Source: Balamuthia mandrillaris
Taxonomy: Eukaryota
Direction of reading: 5' to 3'
NCBI GenBank assembly: GCA_031835245.2
Contig: JAVKOQ020000043.1
Span: 1-64,000 of the forward strand
DNA: 64,000 bases
The notes under the pieces: model-generated
Database searches by the model: none
What the model was told of the DNA's origin: nothing
The model's input: only the letters and a program-made list of their open reading frames with translations
Translations under genes and position numbers: made by a program
In this document: positions 13,359 to 23,994 of the stretch, piece after piece
Layout of the letters: each line of letters starts with the position of its first letter
How positions within the stretch are numbered: position 1 is the stretch's first letter

Positions 13359-14070
13359 TTTTGTTTGGTTCAAGAGAGAATGAAAGGTTGGGAAAAAAGG
13401 AACAACCACAGCTGAACAATGATGAGAAAGGCAATGAAAGATAAGAGAGACAAGGACCAAGACAACAAAACCTGACAAAGAGAGCATAGAACAGAAGAGA
13501 AAGAAGGAAAGGAAACAGGGGCAAGTTTAAACCTCTCCACTATCTATCAGATCAAGCTTCGTTCCCACTAAAATGAAAGGGAGATGCCTGGCATGGTGCC
13601 TCAATTCTGGTATCCATCTGTCTTTTGCGTTAAGCATTGATCTTCTGTCTACCAATGAGAAGCATACCATAAAGCATCCTACACTGGCGAAGCTGTTTGA
13701 TGATTCAAAGTCAGTCGGGTAAGTGAGAGTAAGAGTGAGGAAATGCGAACCTCAAAGTCCGGATACGGTCGTAATCTTCATTGCCTGAGGGTAATGAAGC
13801 GAACAGAAGCAAAAAAAATAAAATAAAATAAAATACTTATAAACTAAAAAATAAAAAAAACAATCTCCACAAAAGAAAAAAACGGTGTATGGTTTGTGGC
13901 AGCGCACCAGAGGTGTTCCACACATTGATACTGAATTCCTGCCCGTTCCAGCAAACTTTCTCACAATAGTTTAAAGCAAACGGTCTCCAGGGTCCTTCCC
14001 TGGCGTGCCAGCATCAACCAGGTCTTTCCCACTGTTTTGTCCCTCACTAACAAGATCCTTCTTTCCTTGC
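13128..14070 (-). pseudogene. Rho/Rac-family small GTPase, degenerate
   Basis: Exons give RILLVRDKTVGKTWLM (P-loop with first G to R), a frameshift at F..NYCEKV, INVWNTSG/NEDYDRIRTL, FMVCFSLVDRRSMLNAKDRWIPELRHHARHLPFILVGTKLDL, and YKECSAKSGAAVEEVF. No CAAX box. Confidence 0.8.
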
Positions 14071-14447
14071 ACATTGCCATGTAGATGTTGTGCTCCCCAC
14101 CAAAACCACTCCATCACCCTCCCCCATGTTTCACTTGAACCAGCCACTCTACCCAAACACCAGTTGGACTGCTGACTTGGGCTAGAGCCAACAGGAAGGC
14201 GAATGGAAGGAAGGGAAAAGATGATTCATTTCTGAGCTCAAGGCTATGAGAACCTTGATAGGGGGGGGATGGGGTGGTCCCGCTCACCTCTCCTCTGGAA
14301 ACAAAAATCTTTTGCAGATACAACCGCTTGCCATTGTTCTTCTATGATTTTTTTTAGTTGCAGCATACCGGTTGTTCCTGACTGGTTCGTTCTTATCTTC
14401 TCTGCTTCTTTAGAAGAAAGAACCTTATTATCAGAGAGAGAAAGGGA

Positions 14448-14488
<41 letters not shown>

Positions 14489-14911
14489 AGAGGGAGGGAG
14501 AGAGAGAGAGAGAGAGGGAGAGGGAGGAGAGAGATGGAAGAGAGACCTATGAGGATAACCTGCTCAGTACCGACACATGTGAAGTGTGTCTTTGCTGAAA
14601 GCCTGCCTGCCCTTTCTTTAGTCCACCAAATGAATAAACGCTCCTTCAAGAAATGAGGGCATGGATGAAATGAATGGAGTAACAATGACAGAGGGACCAG
14701 CGCAGTGCGTGACAAAAGTAAATTAAAAAAAGAACGGAACAAATGAAGGTAAAAAGTGGTAAAACCAGGGTAGAGGGCATTTTAAGTTTTTAATTTGTCT
14801 ATGGATTATGTTTTCTTTTTGTTTTGTTGTCTTATGTTGTTGTTGTTGTTGTTCTTGTTGTTGTAGGTTTATGTTGTCCCATTATTTGGTGTCAACGACC
14901 AGCGAAGAGCC

Positions 14912-15878
14912 CTCTCTACCGGTGGGATAAAGTGGATATCCGTAGATAACTTCTATATAAGGTAGTTATCCACAAAATCTGCTCAGATATCCAATCGCTA
15001 TGCTTATCTGCCCGGATATCGCCACAGGGCAGATAATCCACATCCCAATTAGGAAAGCCAATGGAGGAGAGGAGAGAAGAGAGGGGAGAGGACATGATCT
15101 TGGTGACATGGGAGTTTCTTCCTATTGGTCAGTTTCATGAATCCCCCTCAGATTTTAGTCTTTCTTTCTATTTTAGTTTCTAAAATCTAAATCTTAAAAA
15201 CAAGGCAGGAAAGTGGCACTAGAACAGAGGCCTTAGTCAAAAAGAGGAAGAGCAGTTAGGGAGAGGAAAAAACAATGAGACCCAAAAGATTCTGTTGATG
15301 GTTCCCATAGTTGCTTGACTTGGCAATTGGTACCGTAGGTCCCTCTGTGCGCTTTTTCTTCGTATTTCTGATATTCACACTCACTTTATTCACATTATTT
15401 CACCATTGTGTCACTTGCCTAATGACCATTTCTACTTGGTGCTTTTCACTTTTTCTCTGCATGTCAGTAAGAAGAGGTTTGTAATCACAGCAAAGATAAC
15501 CTTTTCAACTATTTGCTTGTTCTCTTTTCATTCCCCTCTCTGTTCATCTTTCTGTCCCTCCTTGAATCAGGCGGAACCGAGTTCAACCAACAAGAACGAC
15601 GCTGCGGCCAGTACCGTTCCAAAGCAGGTGATGAACCTCAACGGAGCAAAGCGCACAGGAAGTGGCTCTGCAGCGAACGTGATCTAGGCAGCAATGAGCA
15701 GCAACGTATCAAACTCATCCCCTCCTTGTTTTTTTTTTTACTACAATAAAATTAAAATTTTTATTGCACCAATAATAATTTTCTGATAATTATCAACGAT
15801 AATCAAAAAATCAAACGGAGCAGCATGACGTTCTCTCTGCCGGCGGATATATCCATACCGTATATCCCGCCGGCAGAG
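14912..15878. mobile_element. Possible non-autonomous DNA transposon remnant bounded by imperfect inverted motifs
   Basis: CTCTaCCGGtGGGATA (~14914-14929) vs the reverse complement of TATCCCGCCGGCAGAG (15863-15878). Hairpins at 15004-15036 and 15835-15878. No TSD seen. Confidence 0.3.
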
Positions 15879-16069
15879 CTTGCCAGAATTTCTTCTTCTC
15901 TTTCCTCTCTCCTCTCTCCTCTCTCCTCTCTCCTCTCTCCTCTCTCCTCTCTCCCCCTGCCCTCCCCCTCTTTCCGCCCGAATGAGGAATGAAACAAGAA
16001 GAAAGGAAGGCATCATGCACAAGCAGGTAAAAAACTAAACAACAAGAACAGCAGAGTGGCAGAAAGGCT

Positions 16070-16752
16070 TCACATGGTGTTGAGCTTGGTCAAGATTTGC
16101 TCTGCGGTGAGGCGCTGCCATGGATCACGTTCCATGCACCACTCAAACAACTCTCGCAACCGCTTCTCTCCCTTGAGCTTCGCGTTCCTTGGCCACTCCG
16201 GCCGGTTGCTTTGCCCCGAGTGTGCCGTGAACTGGTGCGGAGAGCATGGTCCCTCTTCAGGTTGCTTGAGCGTAATCAGCTCCCATAAGGTCATTCCAAA
16301 TGACCATACTGTTCCCATCCATCCATCCATCCATCCATCAACAAGAGTTGAGCTTTAATGATCAGCAGAGAGAGAGAGAGAGAGAGAAAGAGAGGGAGGA
16401 AGAAGAAGAACAAGAACAAGAACAAGAACAAAAACAAGAACAACAAGAAGAAGAACAAGAAGAAGAAGAAGAAGAAGAAGAAGAAGAGCACGCACCGTCC
16501 GCCTTCACTCCATAACCTCCACCAGACCCTGCCAACACTTCAGGAGCAATGTATCCCACTGTTGCAGCCAGCCAGAGTAAAGGAGAAACAAAGAACCCAA
16601 GAGATGAAGTGTGCAACCAAGCAAGAGCGAGTTGAACGACAAAATCATGAAGGAGGGGAAGGAAGGAAGGAAGGAGAGAAAGGATACAGGTGCCAAGGAA
16701 GGTGAAGGCGCGGTCAGAAGGAGCCAGGCTTTTTGAAAGCCCAAAGTCGCCT
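16070..16752 (-). pseudogene. Ser/Thr protein kinase, copy C (3' exons only: DFG, APE, subdomains IX-XI)
   Basis: Inverted near-identical copy of ~11510-12432 without the LTR; reads DFGLSKS..., VGYIAPEVL...KAD, VWSFGMTLWEL...DPWQRLTAEQILTKLNTM*. Confidence 0.88.
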
Positions 16753-16903
16753 GTTTAAACCAACCAACCAACCAACCAACCAACCAACCAACCACCCAAC
16801 CAACCAACCAACCAACCCAACCACGCAAATATGAACAAAGTGCAAATGGAAAAGAAAAGGAAAGAAAAGAACAGAACATTTATTTTTTTTGAAAAAAAAC
16901 ACT

Positions 16904-17033
16904 GCGATGGCGATGGCGATCATGGCGATGGCGATGGCGATGGCGATGGCGATGGCGATGGCGATGGCGATGGCGATGGCGATGGCGATGGCGATGGCGA
17001 TGGCGATGGCGATGGCGATGGCGATGGCGATGG
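16904..17033. repeat. (GGCGAT)n hexamer microsatellite
   Basis: About 20 tandem GGCGAT units. Confidence 0.95.
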
Positions 17034-18669
17034 ATGATGGATGATGGATGATGGTAACAATAACAGGAGAAGGAACGGTAACAATAAAATCCAAAGCATT
17101 AATTTCTTTAAAAACCTGTCTTCCTGCTTTGTTCATCAAAACTTTCTGTTGTGCTCCCTCCGTTGTTCTTCCCTCTGGTTTGTCTTTGCTTTTTGGCGGC
17201 ACGAAGTACAAATGTCGACATGAATAAAAAAGGATAGATGAGATTAGATAAGAGAGTGGAGAGGAGATTTTACTGAGTGATGAGATTAGATAAGAGAGCG
17301 GAGAGGAGATTTTCCTGAGCGACCGAAAGCAAGTGAAAGCAGAGCATGATAAAGAGAGAGCATGAAAGGACAGAGAGATTGAAAGAACAGAGAGAGAACG
17401 CAACCTTTGAGAAGAGAGCAAGAGAGAGCTGGTTCTTTGCAGCGGATCCAGCGGAGATGGTCGCCGATGGAGAAGCTGAGCCCACCGCCGACCTTCTTGG
17501 TGAGCTGGAGGGCTGCTGTCATCACCGCCGTGGACTTGGCGCGCGTCTATCTATGGGCTTTGTTCTGCTTTTGTTGCCGCCAGAGTGCTCCCTTTTGTTG
17601 TGGTTGATTAAGGGAGGAAAAAGCATGAGAGAAGGAGAGAACCAGACCATATAGTGTTCGCCACTTCTCTCTCTGCTCTCTCTGCTCTCTCTGCTCTCTC
17701 TGCTCTCTCTGCTCTCTCTGCTCTCTCTGCTCTCCCCTCTCCCCTCTCCCCTCTCTCTCGCTTCTGTCTAATTACTAAATTTTCTGTTTGTTTCTTTGCA
17801 TACTTTGCTTTCGACAAGCTTCCCTGCTGCCACGGCTCCTTCTCCTCCTTCCTCACAATTCCCTTCTCCTCCTCCTCCTCCTCCTCCTCCTCCTCCTCCT
17901 CCTCCTCCTCCTCCTCCTCCTCCTTTCCCTTCTGCTGCTGCTGCTGCTTCTGCGTTTTGGACCCAACATCTTTGCATCTCTTCACTGGCCTCTGCTCCTG
18001 CATTGCAGAATGAGGAGGTGGCGAGGAGCTTTCCGCCCGACTTGGAGGATGGGGCTTGTGCGCTTGATGAACAATGTAGAGACGCCTTGGCCCGTTTACT
18101 GCTCATTGAAGGGCTGAGGGAGCGCCCATTGACGGCTGACATGTGTCTGTGCTCCTTCCTTCCTTCCTTCCTTCCAAGCTTCATCATCCACACTGCCGAA
18201 GCAACAAGAAGGAACAATTGGCAGAGGTCTATCCACCAGCGTATCTATCCCCCTTCCTCCGAAAAAGTTTTTTATTTTTTTGAATTTTTGAATTTTTGTT
18301 TATTATGATGAGCATCAAAAGAAAACGTCGGACATTATGCTAAAAAGACATTTAAAGAAGTGCGTCCCTGACAGGTCTGCCTGTAGAACATTCTTTCAAG
18401 ACAGGCCCCTGATATCTTTTGTGGAGCTTGAAGAGCAGATCCACAGCTCTAGGTTGGTATGTTCATCAGCTTGTTGAAACAGGTGGCAGCCTGAGACGGG
18501 AGGCGGGAAGAAGAGCATTTTGATTTGGGAAAAAAGAAAGAGAGAGAGAGATAGAAGAAAGCTGCAAGATGAGAAAGAATACAATGGAGAGAGATTGTGA
18601 AGAAGAGACATTAGCAGTTGTGTCTTTACTCCAGTACAAACAAACCACTCGCCTTCAAACCTCCTCCAA

Positions 18670-19720
18670 GAAAACCACTCTACAAGGAAGGGAGGCACTA
18701 CGCGTGAGCATCCAAACACTTCACAAGGATGCTGGCCTCACACCAGCACAAATAGCTCGACGACGCTTGGGTTGTTCTGCTAGTACAGCCTAAAGATGGG
18801 TCAGAAATATAGGTGATTGCCCCTCTGTAAGAGACAAGCCTCGCCTTGGTCGGCTATGGAAGCAAACACCGGTGTAGTCCAAAAAAAGATGAGGAAGTTG
18901 TCTCATGGAAAGTTCCGCCGCTCAACATGCTGAGTTGCTATGCAGGTGTGCTCAAGAGGGTGTTGTAAAATAAGAACGGGAATGATGGCGGAGACAAAGT
19001 AAGTACGAGACCCGAACTTAATTTACTAAAAGTGAAGAGTACAAGTGATAGTAAAGTATCTTGTGTTTTGTTGTAAGTTGTCCCGAGAGGAAAAAGAAGA
19101 AGAAGCAAGGAGAGGCAGTATTTAAGCTAGAACAATTATCCAAAAAAGAAGAACAGAGAATATCAGCATAAAAGGGCAGAGAGAGAAAACAACAAGAAAG
19201 GAGAAGTTCAAGAAAGGAGAAGTTGGACACCGAGAGGTTTCCTCAGGTCGACAGGCATGAGGGAGAGGTCGACAGGAAGAGAAGAAGGGCTATTATGTTG
19301 GAGTTTTCCAACAAGGGGTTGAAGTTAGCAAGAGCACCAGCCATAATGAGCTAAACAAGAGGAGGAGTTGATTGCACACCGTCAGGTAACACAACAAAGA
19401 CTCCACATCAACTACAACCACAACCACAACCACAACCACAACAACAACAACAACATTAAAAACAAGAAGAAGAATACTCAAGTTTGCACAAGCCTACCCC
19501 AATCACAACTGGGATGCAACTCTTAGAATTGATGAGAAACACTTCCCCTTGTTCGGTGCCTGCCAACTGCAAAATTGATGTAGTTTAGGATTACCCTGGT
19601 GTGGAGTATGTTTTTCAACCAGTGAAGCACCCTCTAACTTCTCGTGTTTGGGGAGGCATTTACAGCTTCAGTGCAACCCCTCTCATACCCTATGAAGGAA
19701 CTGTCAAGACCGAGACTTCT
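18670..19720 (+). mobile_element. Tc1/mariner (IS630-like) transposase relic
   Basis: HTH: IQTLHKDAGLTPAQIARRRLGCSASTA*RWV...VRDKPRLGR. Second HTH-like piece GVEVSKST (~19320). Start of the catalytic domain: RRILKFAQAYPNHNWDATLRIDEKHF (D at 19531) and QPVKHPLTSRVWGGIYSFSATPLIPYEGTV. Multiple stops and frameshifts. Confidence 0.8.
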
Positions 19721-20190
19721 AAGAGCTGGACATCTTATTAATTCCCAACGCCTGTAGTTTCATCTGCACTTTGTTTGAAAATCAAATATGAATGTGGCTC
19801 AAAGATATTTCTACTGTGTAGTGGTCTAATTATATTGGACACCCTTTATAAACACTAAAAGTTCGGAACAGTGTTCAGCCTTCCTAACATTGAATGTTCA
19901 GAAAAGTTCAATCAACCACCAAAGATACTGTGATGGCAAAGAGCTGGTCCAGGTCCTTGCCATCTTGTAGTGTTGAGGGTTGAAACTTGTTTACATAACT
20001 TCCATGAGTTTTTTGTTCAAGCATATTGTTCATAACTTGGAAATGACTTGGCATGGTTACATCATTGTGGGACATGAGTGTGGTGAACCAACCAAAAAAC
20101 CATACTACAGATACATAAATATGGAGGAGGATTGCTCTGCGTCCCTCTTGGGATATCAAGGGAATACTTATTACAATTATTGTGTAATTT

Positions 20191-20357
20191 TAAAGTCTTG
20201 AAGAGGAAGGAAAATAGATGAACTGGGATGGAAATGGCTGCTAACAGATGGATGGTGGAAACTAACTTGCTGTTAAGCAAGTTAGTATTGAATGGTCCAT
20301 CTGTTAGCAGCCATTTCCATCCCAGTTCATCTATTTTCCTTCCTCTTCAAGACTTTA
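20191..20357. repeat. Perfect 62-bp inverted repeat (fold-back) with a nested 11-bp hairpin in its loop
   Basis: 20191-20252 is the exact reverse complement of 20296-20357. The loop contains ACTAACTTGCT-gtta-AGCAAGTTAGT. Confidence 0.95.
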
Positions 20358-20935
20358 CCATTGGTTTTCAGGTAGGTGCCTTGGTTGTGGAGTTTTGCTT
20401 CTTAGAAATCCAAAAACTTCCAACCATAGAGAGATGCATTTCTTTGTTGTGCTGTGTTTCCTTGTCAGCTCATCTGTTTTCAGCCATTTCCATCCAAGTT
20501 TATCTATTTTCCTTCCTCTTCAAGACCTTACCATTGGTTTTCATCCAAGTGCCTTGGTTGCCTAATAAACCTTCTGGACATTTCTAGTGGATTGCTTAGC
20601 TTTTTGGTGATCTCAGCCCCTAATTTTTGACCAGTCCATTGGTTTTCAGCTTTTTGGATGCCAGTTCATCTATTTTCATTTGTTGTTAAAGGCCTGAGCA
20701 TTGGTGTTCATCAAGGTCCATTGGTTGTGGCGTTTTTCATCTCAAATCATCAAAGGCATAGTTTACTTTATAGGCCTTTGCTTTTTTTGACAAGTTAATT
20801 TCCACTCACCTGTTTATCCATGTTCAGCCATTTCCATCCAGGTTCATCTATCTTCCTTCTTGTTCAAGGCTTTGTTATTGGTTTTCAGGTAGGTGCCTTG
20901 GTTGTGGAGTTTTGCTTCCTAGAAACCCCAAAAAG
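20307..20935. repeat. Degenerate tandem repeat, ~170-bp period, about 4 copies
   Basis: cagccatttccatcc.agttcatctattttccttcctcttcaag...ccattggttttca recurs at ~20307, ~20481, ~20660 (more degenerate) and ~20825. Confidence 0.85.
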
Positions 20936-21782
20936 CCTACCTACCACTATAGGCAATTCATTCATTCTTTTATTGTATTTCTCTTTTCTTATCAGCTTAT
21001 CTGTTTTCACCATCAGGACCGATGATTTTACGACGTACTTCAGGCAGCAATCTCATTGCGTAAGCCGCAGCGTAAGCCGCCTCGGTCCACCCACTAACTC
21101 GCGATGATGACTCCACATTCATCGGTTGTGTTGTTGGAGGAGATACTGGGCATGGTCTCCCTCATGTGGTCCCGCTGCTGGTTGTACCATTCATCATTTG
21201 ACTGGTGGAGTGATAGTATCTTCTGAAAGAGGTAAAAAGATGGGTTGAAACGGAAGATTGAAAAACAAAAAGTTGTTGCTTTTGTTGTGTGGTCGATAGA
21301 AAATAATCCACCCACGTTTGGTAGCAGCGTTCGTCAAGGAGTAGATACCAGCAGAGGAAGAGGCTGCTACTTGCATCCAACAAAGACACTCACTTTGGTT
21401 TGCTTCTTTCTCACTTCTTTTTGTTGAATTAATTTCTTTCTGTCTGATCTTTCTTTTTTTGTCGTTTGTTGTCGTTTCTTTCTTACTGGGATTTCTCTCC
21501 TATCCACTCCCTTATCCTCTCTCTTGTCCACTGGGATTTCTCTACTATCCACTCCCTTATCCTTTCTTTTATCCTTCAGTGTTTCCATAGAAACCGATTT
21601 CTTTATTTTAATCTCCCCTTCAGAGGAGGCAGCTCAATGCCACAGCAAACCTCTATAAAATCATTTTTCATTAAACAACTTTTTAAGTAGAATCAATTTC
21701 TTTCCATAAGGGCATTATCTCTGATTTTAAGGTCACTTGGAGGACTCTTTTATCTATCACCACAACTCTTCTATCTTATCTC

Positions 21783-22005
21783 ATGTCTATCAACTCCGAG
21801 TACTGTGCTTTCAAACACTCGTCAGTACCTGACCGAAAAAGGTCCTCACCCATGCTCCATTGTGAATTGTGATCGCTGCCGTGAGTTAGAGGAGAAAAAA
21901 TCTACACGAACAGGCAAAGTCCTATCCCAACCTTTTCCCTGTCATCACAAAGGTTAGCCAAAGACAACATATTTGGAATGCTTTCTGTCTCTCTTCCACT
22001 CCCTC

Positions 22006-22045
<40 letters not shown>

Positions 22046-23943
22046 TTTCTTCTTACTTGAATTGTCCTGTGTTCTTTCTTCTCTCTTTCTCTTTCTCTTT
22101 CTCTTTCTCTTTCTCTTTCTCTTTCTCTTTCTCTTTCTCTTTCTCTTTCTCTTTCTCTTTCTCTTTCTCTTTCTGTTTGTTTTTCTTTAAATAATAACAA
22201 ACCTTTAAAATTAGATGGCTGTTGTAAAACTTTTGGTCAAGAGAGCACCTGCATTACTCATGAGCTGCATGAAGAACACGACTGCAAAGTGGAATTGGAA
22301 TGTGAGCGATGCAAAAATGCACAAACAGCAAAAGCAAAACAAGAACAAAAAAGAAAAAGAGAAGAGGAAGAAAAACAACAAGCAGAAGAAAAAGCAGAGT
22401 CACATGGGAGAAAAATACAAAAATGCATCAACATGATGGCAGAGAAGGATTGAGAGACACAAGTCAAAGAGACAATCAACTTACCTGAAAGTGAGGTACA
22501 AAAGATGCAAGCAGAGGCGTTTTTGTTAAAGCTTTATGAGAAGGAGACTTTAGGTGAATGTTTAGTCACATTGATACAAGAAGACCCAGTACTTATTTGG
22601 TACCTTGTTGATGAGTTGCCCAAGATGAAAGAATTTCTGGAACACCAACACAAACCAACACTAGCAGCATTGTTAGCCTATAAAGACATACTGCAAATAT
22701 CAGACAAAGATTGGCATCATACTGTTACCTTATTTGAACTTGGAGAATATGCTATGTTGGCACACTTGAAAAAGTTGCGAAGTGGTTACTACAACAAAAA
22801 ACACCAGCAACAACAAACATCATTATCAAGTTTGCTTTTGATGGTGCAAATATGACTTCAACAAGAAGAAAGACACAAGCTGATAACAGATGATTTGAGC
22901 CTTGCTGAAGTACAGTCTCCAAACAACTGTCATCAATACATCATCTACATTGGTGGAGAAAGCAAAGAGGAGTTTGAAAGAGAATTGAAAAGCATAGCAC
23001 CGATAATAACATATCTTACCAAGAACAAAGTAAAAATTGATGGCTGTGAATTCAAGCTTGAACCTGTGCTTGTTTGTGACCTCAAGGTGCTTGTGACGCT
23101 TCTTGGCTTGTATAACTGCTACCATCCAAAGTGCTACTGGAAGTGTCCATGGTGCCTTGCCTCAGAAAATACCATTTACGACTTCATGGTGAAAGAATGG
23201 CCTTTACAAGATGAAACAACGATGAAGAGGTTAGCAAAGGAAGCAACAGAGATACCAACAGAAGGAGGAAAAGAAACCTTTGCAAGATATAATTATGGCA
23301 TTACTGGACAATCAGTGCTTCCTTTTTCTTTGGACCACATCATCCCTTATATGCTGCATTGCTTAATGGGTGTGACAAGGAAACTCTTTGAGTTGTTAGT
23401 AGAAGAAGCATATGAGAATGAGGAAATAGGAAAGAGATACCTGACAATACTAGAGGAGATAAACATCAAGCTTATTCCAGAAGAATCAAGCAGCAAAAAG
23501 AAGAAAAAGTGAACACTGCTTGAGCGAGTGAAAAAGTCACGCCTTACTCGTCCTCAACACCAAGCTATTATTGAACATCATCAACGCTTTTTAGAAGTGC
23601 TAAAGCAAGGAGCACAAACATCAAAGCAACAAAAGAAAGTAGCTGATGTTATTGAAGTGTGGACAACATATCATAAGCTTATCTCACTTGCTGTACATAA
23701 TAAAGTAAGTAATAGTTCAAAACAAAATGAAACAAAACAAACTAAAAGAAAAAGAAATCTTTAAAAAAGAAAAAAACAAAGAAAAAAACAAACTAAAAGA
23801 AAAAGAAATCTTTAAAAAAGAAAAAAACAAAGAAAAAAAGCTAAAATAGGTACTTACTTTTTTTGAAGGTTAATATCACAGAAAAAGAGTGGCTTAAAAA
23901 GGCAAAGGTGCTTTGGCAAGGCTTTTACTGCTCGCTATGATAG
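21783..23943 (+). mobile_element. RAG1/Transib-like DDE transposase pseudogene with N-terminal Zn-finger motifs and two introns
   Basis: Colinear motifs: HPCSIVNCDRC; C2H2-like FPCHHK/DGCCKTF..ITHELHEEH across intron 21953-22214; ALLAYKDILQISDKDWHH; IIIKFAFDG (D at 22840); SPNNC..IGGES; LVCDLK (D at 23078)..LLGL..KCPWC; IIPYMLHCLMG; SRLTRPQ; intron 23705-23868; then FGKAFTARY. Stops at 22451 and 23510, several frameshifts, 3' end missing. Confidence 0.75.
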
Positions 23944-23994
23944 TAAAAGAAAAAACAAGAGAGAAAAAGAGAAAAGGGAGAGGGACCAGTATCA

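Noticed and set aside
17796..18308. Kinase C-lobe-like phrase CRDALARLL..RERPLTA
   Set aside because: Too short, with no other kinase motifs in frame.
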